From the NCBI GenBank assembly GCA_030141605.1, contig JAQGDQ010001403.1:1-42457 (forward strand): DNA of 42,457 bases, in the 5' to 3' direction. Numbering within the stretch: the first letter of the stretch is position 1; every line of letters begins with the position of its first letter. This DNA comes from Tubiluchus corallicola. Lineage: Eukaryota; Animalia; Priapulida. The position numbers and the translations under genes are program-made. Of the stretch, positions 36,256 to 42,457 are shown one piece after another. The notes under the pieces are model-generated. The model searched no databases and had not been told where the DNA came from. It was given only the letters and a program-made list of their open reading frames with translations.

Positions 36256-38578
36256 TTCGCTGTTGAAATTACGTTGTATATAATAATCTTTATTTGCCAT
36301 TAAAATACATTGATAATCACTCATAAAAACTTTACAGAGATGATCAATCAGTGTTAGTTAATAAAAACTTACACTGCTAAAGGCAAATGCGTCAGTGCAA
36401 TCTAAACTACTGTGCAGTAATGGAAAGTAACGACGAATAAAATCAAACATATTTACAACTATGCACAAAAAATGAAAAAATTATGATTTAATTAATATGG
36501 CCGTGGATATATGAATTCTGAATTAGTGTGTATGTTGTCTTACTGGTGTGATGGTATTTCATATCTGGTTAATATTAGTGATTTTAATTTTGTTTTAAAT
36601 GCTGATATGGACTGTAGATGCGATTAAAACCACATCTCTCTTTCATTGAGACCAAGTTCCCTCTTTTCCACATTGTAACTCATCCTACCGTCTGAATTAA
36701 TGACAAGTTTATCTGCCGAAATGATTTATTTCACTTAGCTAATAAATCACGCAATAAGTTTTCCAGCAGCGTTATGGCGCTATGGTTGTTGCTTCAAGCT
36801 TTTGAATTTATGATTATATTGCAGTCAGTCGTACAGGATGTCAGGTTGTTGCTTAGTAGCTCCACTGGTTCTGTCTTTCATATCGCGTGTTTAAAACTTG
36901 CCTGCATAAATTCTAAACAGCAGCAGGCGACCTTGAGAGACTGTATCTTCGACGCGCGGCTGTAAACTGTCCATCTTGCGTATAGATGGCAGCACCGTGC
37001 TGGAATGAAGCAGAATGGCTGCAGATACTAAGCCTTAGGCTTAGACCTTGACGAGTTTAACGCAGAGACAAAGTATAATGGAAAATCGGACGATTGTGTA
37101 AACATTAGTTCACAATAAAGAATGCTCTAAAATATTGAAAACTAGTAGTAGTAGTAAAATTTTTAAAAACATTAACCATCATAATAAAAGACAGACAATC
37201 AGTGTTAGTTCACATAAAAAACATACACTGTTCTGGGCAAATGCGTCTGGTGTTCGTATGTCGGATATTCAAAACGAGTCATTAAATGTTTTTTTTAATT
37301 TAGACTTTAATATTGATAAAGAGCTGCTGTGTTTTAGTGATGTCGGTAATGAATTCCAAAGTTGTATTGCTTGCTTGGTAATGGAATTCTTTCCATATCG
37401 TTCTAATGTTTCTTAAATTTAGTGTTCTGTTATTCATACTGGTGTTTTCAGGAAGTGGGAGCTTATTGTTTTTGAAAGGAGAATTAATATTGTTGATAGA
37501 GAAACAGGAGAGTTTGATGAAATCAAAGCGTAGATTAAATAATAATTACCTCGGATACTCAAATCAAAGCTACGCGCGGCTAAGATTGGCAACGGCGCCT
37601 TTTTGTCACGTTCGCGTGGCCGATAAATAGAAGGCGGCACCGTGATAAGGATGATCATGAACTGCAGTGTTAGTTTCTGATGTCATATGATGCGAATCCC
37701 ATTTTCCGTGACATCATGCACTGCAACAGTTATGCAGATGTGCTTGTTGCGCAAGGGAAGGCGCCTGCCATTGCACAAACTGTGCTTAGTTTCTGACGTA
37801 AACAATAGCTGTATTCGGTTGCCGTTAAATAATTTTCTAAGCTAATTATTCAAATATAAGAAACAATTGTTAACTTTTGTGAAAACATTTTAGGCAAGAA
37901 ATATTGCACTGTAAATTAAAATGAGATTGATTCTAATCAATTGGTCAATTTTCAGTTAAAACGTAGCTGGGGCCTTTAACAGTTAAACTTTTACATTAAC
38001 TGCCACTAAATTAGTATGAATCAGTAATTCTGTCTAGTTTTACTTGTGCACAACTAACACATTTATTAAAATATCAGATTTTTCCATATCATGCTAGTAA
38101 TTTTTTCATAAACGTTGCTGTTTTTGTTTAATAAACGTTGTTTTATTTATTTAATATTGTACAACGGAATGACTGTTTCTAGTCAATCAGTCAGTCAGTG
38201 TGCGTTGCGACACTTACTGTACTTTTGATCTTCGCTAATAAAGTAGGCAAAAATTTCGAATATGAGATTACATATTAGACAAACTTGTCAAAATTTTTTA
38301 ATTTCGCATTTTTGAGTTTATATTTTCTATTTGTCAAATCATAGTCTAACTAATTTTGGATTAAACAGAGAAATCTGATTTTTGTCAATGTGTTTCTCAC
38401 GAGCTTCATCCGTTAAACTTATCTGTTTTTTCACCGGGAGTTAATGTAGATGTGATTAAGCCAAATAGTTCATCACGGGATCGTTTGAATGTTTTCTCAT
38501 GTGATTCATGTGAAGTTTCATGTTTCTCTGTGAACAGCATCGTCTGGTTTTCATTGTATTTCGTTCATTTAATTACAT

Positions 38579-39119
38579 GACTACGGCCAAATCACGTTGA
38601 AAACACCGGTTCTCGTCTAATCACCGAAGTTAAGCAACGTAGAGCCTGGTTAGTACTTAGATGGGTGACCGCCTAGGCACTGTAAGCTTGCGGGATGTCC
38701 ACGCTGTATCTCGACACTAGGCAGAGGAGCTGCACAAGCAGCCAACGGCTAGAAGGCGGAGGAGGTCAAGTGACCCAAAGGCCATGTGTAGAGGAGTAAA
38801 CCTTCCAAATCAGGAGTGGAGTCCCGAAGGCGGACCAGTGCAGCATGCTCACTGACTCCGGCAGCTCCTGCAGCCAACCTGGTGCCAAACGTATCGCTCC
38901 AATTTCCTTTGGACTACACCAGGGAGGAAGAGAGGGGGTTCCTGTTGTCTGGGCAACTCAGGATCTCCATACACCTTGCCCAGGCGTGCGCCCTGGAGAC
39001 GTTCAAGGATCGCACTGCTCAGCCACAGTCGACGCTGCAGCTCCATCAATGTGATCAATAACTGACTCTCTTGGCGCACACTCCATTGTCTTTCGAGACA
39101 GAAGGATGCCAACAACAAC
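38579..39119 (+). mobile_element. 5S rRNA-derived SINE with RTE tail, mirror copy
   Basis: 5S-like head 38579-~38689, RTE C-terminal frame 39003-39065, TSD AATTACAT at 38571-38578 and 39120-39127. Confidence 0.9.
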
Positions 39120-39635
39120 AATTACATTCAATGCTCAGCATCTTGTAGCTAATTGAGACATTCCCACATAGATAATTATCACGTCTTGGTCATGCTGCAT
39201 TTTGTCAAGGTTTAAATAGTTTTTCTGTACGTACAGCTTGACACATAGCAGTTTGGACACTAAAACTTAACCGGAAGTTAAAGCACAAGAAAATCCTCTT
39301 CTTACATAAAGCCGAAAAATATCGCCTTGGAATTTTATACCACTTACTGCCTTTTTGTAGGCAGCTCTTGCGCCGGCAGTAACGTAGTTTAACAGTATAA
39401 AATGTGTCAATTTAAACTCCCACGATGACCGTTAGACGCAGACATTTTGACGATAGGTCATTTGAAACAAGTTTAGATGACACTGAGTAAAGTTTGAAAT
39501 TTTATCAGAAGTAGCAAATTTCCCAGGAGTCACCTATGGTATATAATTACCAGGCTCACTGGTGCTTAACTTAATAGGCAAGTGCTTACCGTGACCACTT
39601 ACCTTTTTTGCCCTCAATTAATGTTGAAGCACTCT

Positions 39636-41646
39636 AATTTCAACCTCCACGAGTTGTTACCTTTAGTTTTGTGAGACCGCGATCTAGTTTCAACCTCCAC
39701 GAGTTGTTATCTTTAGTTTTGTGAGGCTGTGATCTAGTTTCAACCTCTTAGTTTTGTGAGGCTGTGATCTAGTTTCAACCTCATAGTTTTGTGAGGCTGC
39801 GATCTAGTTTCAACATCCACGAGTTGTTACCTTTAGTTTTGTGAGGCTGCGATCTAGTTTCAACCTCCACGAGTTGTTACCTTTAGTTTTGTGAGACTGC
39901 GATCTAGTTTCAACCTCCTCGAGTTGTTACCTTTAGTTTTGTGAGGCTGCGATCTAGTTTCAACCTCATAGTTTTGTGAGACCGCGATCTAGTTTCAACC
40001 TCCACGAGTTGTTATCTTCAGTTGGTTTTGCGAGGCTGCGATCAAATTTCAACCTCTTAGTTTTGTGAGGCTGCGATCTAGTTTCAACCTCTTAGTTTTG
40101 TGAGGCTGCGATCTAGTTTCAACCTCATAGTTTTGTGAGGCTGCGATCTAGTTTCAACCTCATAGTTTTGTGAGGCTGCGATCTAGTTTCAACCTCCACG
40201 AGTTGTTACCTTTAGTTTTGTGAGACTGCGATCTAGTTTCAACCCCCACGAGTTGTTACCTTTAGTTTTGTGAGGCTGCGATCTAGTTTCAACCTCATAG
40301 TTTTGTGAGACTGCGATCTAGTTTCAACCTCATAGTTTTGTGAGACTGCGATCTAGTTTCAACCTCATAGTTTTGTGAGGCTGCGATCTAGTTTCAACCT
40401 CATAGTTTTGTGAGACCGCGATCTAGTTTCAACCTCCACGAGTTGTTATCTTCAGTTGGTTTTGCGAGGCTGCGATCAAATTTCAACCTCTTAGTTTTGT
40501 GAGGCTGCGATCTAGTTTCAACCTCTTAGTTTTGTGAGGCTGCGATCTAGTTTCAACCTCATAGTTTTGTGAGGCTGCGATCTAGTTTCAACCTCATAGT
40601 TTTGTGAGGCTGCGATCTAGTTTCAACCTCCACGAGTTGTTACCTTTAGTTTTGTGAGACTGCGATCTAGTTTCAACCCCCACGAGTTGTTACCTTTAGT
40701 TTTGTGAGGCTGCGATCTAGTTTCAACCTCATAGTTTTGTGAGACTGCGATCTAGTTTCAACCTCATAGTTTTGTGAGACTGCGATCTAGTTTCAACCTC
40801 ATAGTTTTGTGAGGCTGCGATCTAGTTTCAACCTCATAGTTTTGTGCGGCTGCGATCTAGTTTCAACCTCATAGTTTTGTGAGGCTGCGATCTAGTTTCA
40901 ACCTCATAGTTTTGTGAGGCTGCGATCTAGTTTCAACCTCATAGTTTTGTGCGGCTGCGATCTAGTTTCAACCTCATAGTTTTGTGAGGGTGCGATCTAG
41001 TTTCAACCTCCATGAGTTGTTATCTTTAGTTTTGTGAGGCTGCGATCTAGTTTCAACCTCATAGTTTTGTGAGGCTGCGATCTAGTTTCAACCTCATAGT
41101 TTTGTGAGGCTGCGATCTAGTTTCAACCTCCACGAGTTGTTACCTTTAGTTTTGTGAGACTGCGATCTAGTTTCAACCCCCACGAGTTGTTACCTTTAGT
41201 TTTGTGAGGCTGCGATCTAGTTTAAACCTCATAGTTTTGTGAGACTGCGATCTAGTTTCAACCTCATAGTTTTGTGAGACTGCGATCTAGTTTCAACCTC
41301 ATAGTTTTGTGAGGCTGCGATCTAGTTTCAACCTCATAGTTTTGTGCGGCTGCGATCTAGTTTCAACCTCATAGTTTTGTGAGGCTGCGATCTAGTTTCA
41401 ACCTCATAGTTTTGTGAGGCTGCGATCTAGTTTCAACCTCATAGTTTTGTGCGGCTGCGATCTAGTTTCAACCTCATAGTTTTGTGAGGGTGCGATCTAG
41501 TTTCAACATCCATGAGTTGTTATCTTTAGTTTTGTGAGGCTGTGATCTAGTTTCAACCTCTTAGTTTTGCGAGGCTGCGATCTAGTTTCAACCTCATAGT
41601 TTTGTGAGGCTGCGATCTAGTTTCAACCTCCCCGAGTTGTTATCTA
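39636..41646 (-). repeat. 35/50-bp satellite, mirror copy
   Basis: Reverse complement of 812-2822. Confidence 0.97.
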
Positions 41647-41953
41647 ACGACAGTCATTTAATTACGTTTTTTTTCGCAACTGACATCTGTTAGAAATAAT
41701 TAAGAAACGGCGGGCGGTTGAAATGTTCGAGAGTTTTTCGTCATATTTTTTTCCATTTTTTCGTCTAAGGAAAACGTGAGATAACATCACTGTCTTGGCT
41801 TCATATAATAATGAAAAAAATCAACATGATATTGGCCAATCATTAGAAAATCCTTATACAGTATGAATGGATTACGTAATAAAATAGATAAATTGAATTA
41901 AGTTGAGTTGTTCGGGAAAATTAGCACAAGAAATTTTATTCGTGGGTAATCGC

Positions 41954-42446
<493 letters not shown>

Positions 42447-42457
42447 AATCTTTATTT

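Noticed and set aside
38579-38689. Functional 5S rRNA gene (also 3769-3879 and ~24616-24734)
   Set aside because: Substitutions and a 3' deletion, no T-run terminator, fused to a shared body and LINE tail inside a TSD: a SINE head.

Overview
AT-rich animal (probably invertebrate) genomic DNA. The whole 42,457-bp window is one giant interrupted palindrome: left arm 1-18965, unique spacer 18966-21732 (2,767 bp), right arm 21733-42457, with base 1 mirroring base 42457. The outer ~14.5 kb of the arms is almost identical. The inner parts are abruptly ~4-5% diverged (one interval counted by eye) and carry arm-specific insertions whose empty sites survive in the opposite arm. Each arm holds an outward-pointing copy of a 1,429-bp coding exon for a disordered S/P/Q-rich regulator-like region (PDSM SUMO motif, FxFP-type docking motifs, synonymously diverged SSPF repeats), plus candidate small 5' exons next to a triple IRF/PRDM1-type element. 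The gene could not be named. The remainder is repeats: a 5S-rRNA-headed SINE with an RTE tail (3 copies), a tRNA SINE, hAT-type MITEs, CR1/L2-group LINE remnants, and 35/50-, 40- and 127-bp tandem arrays. An assembly origin for the identical outer arms cannot be excluded from sequence alone. Most short ORFs in the track are spurious.
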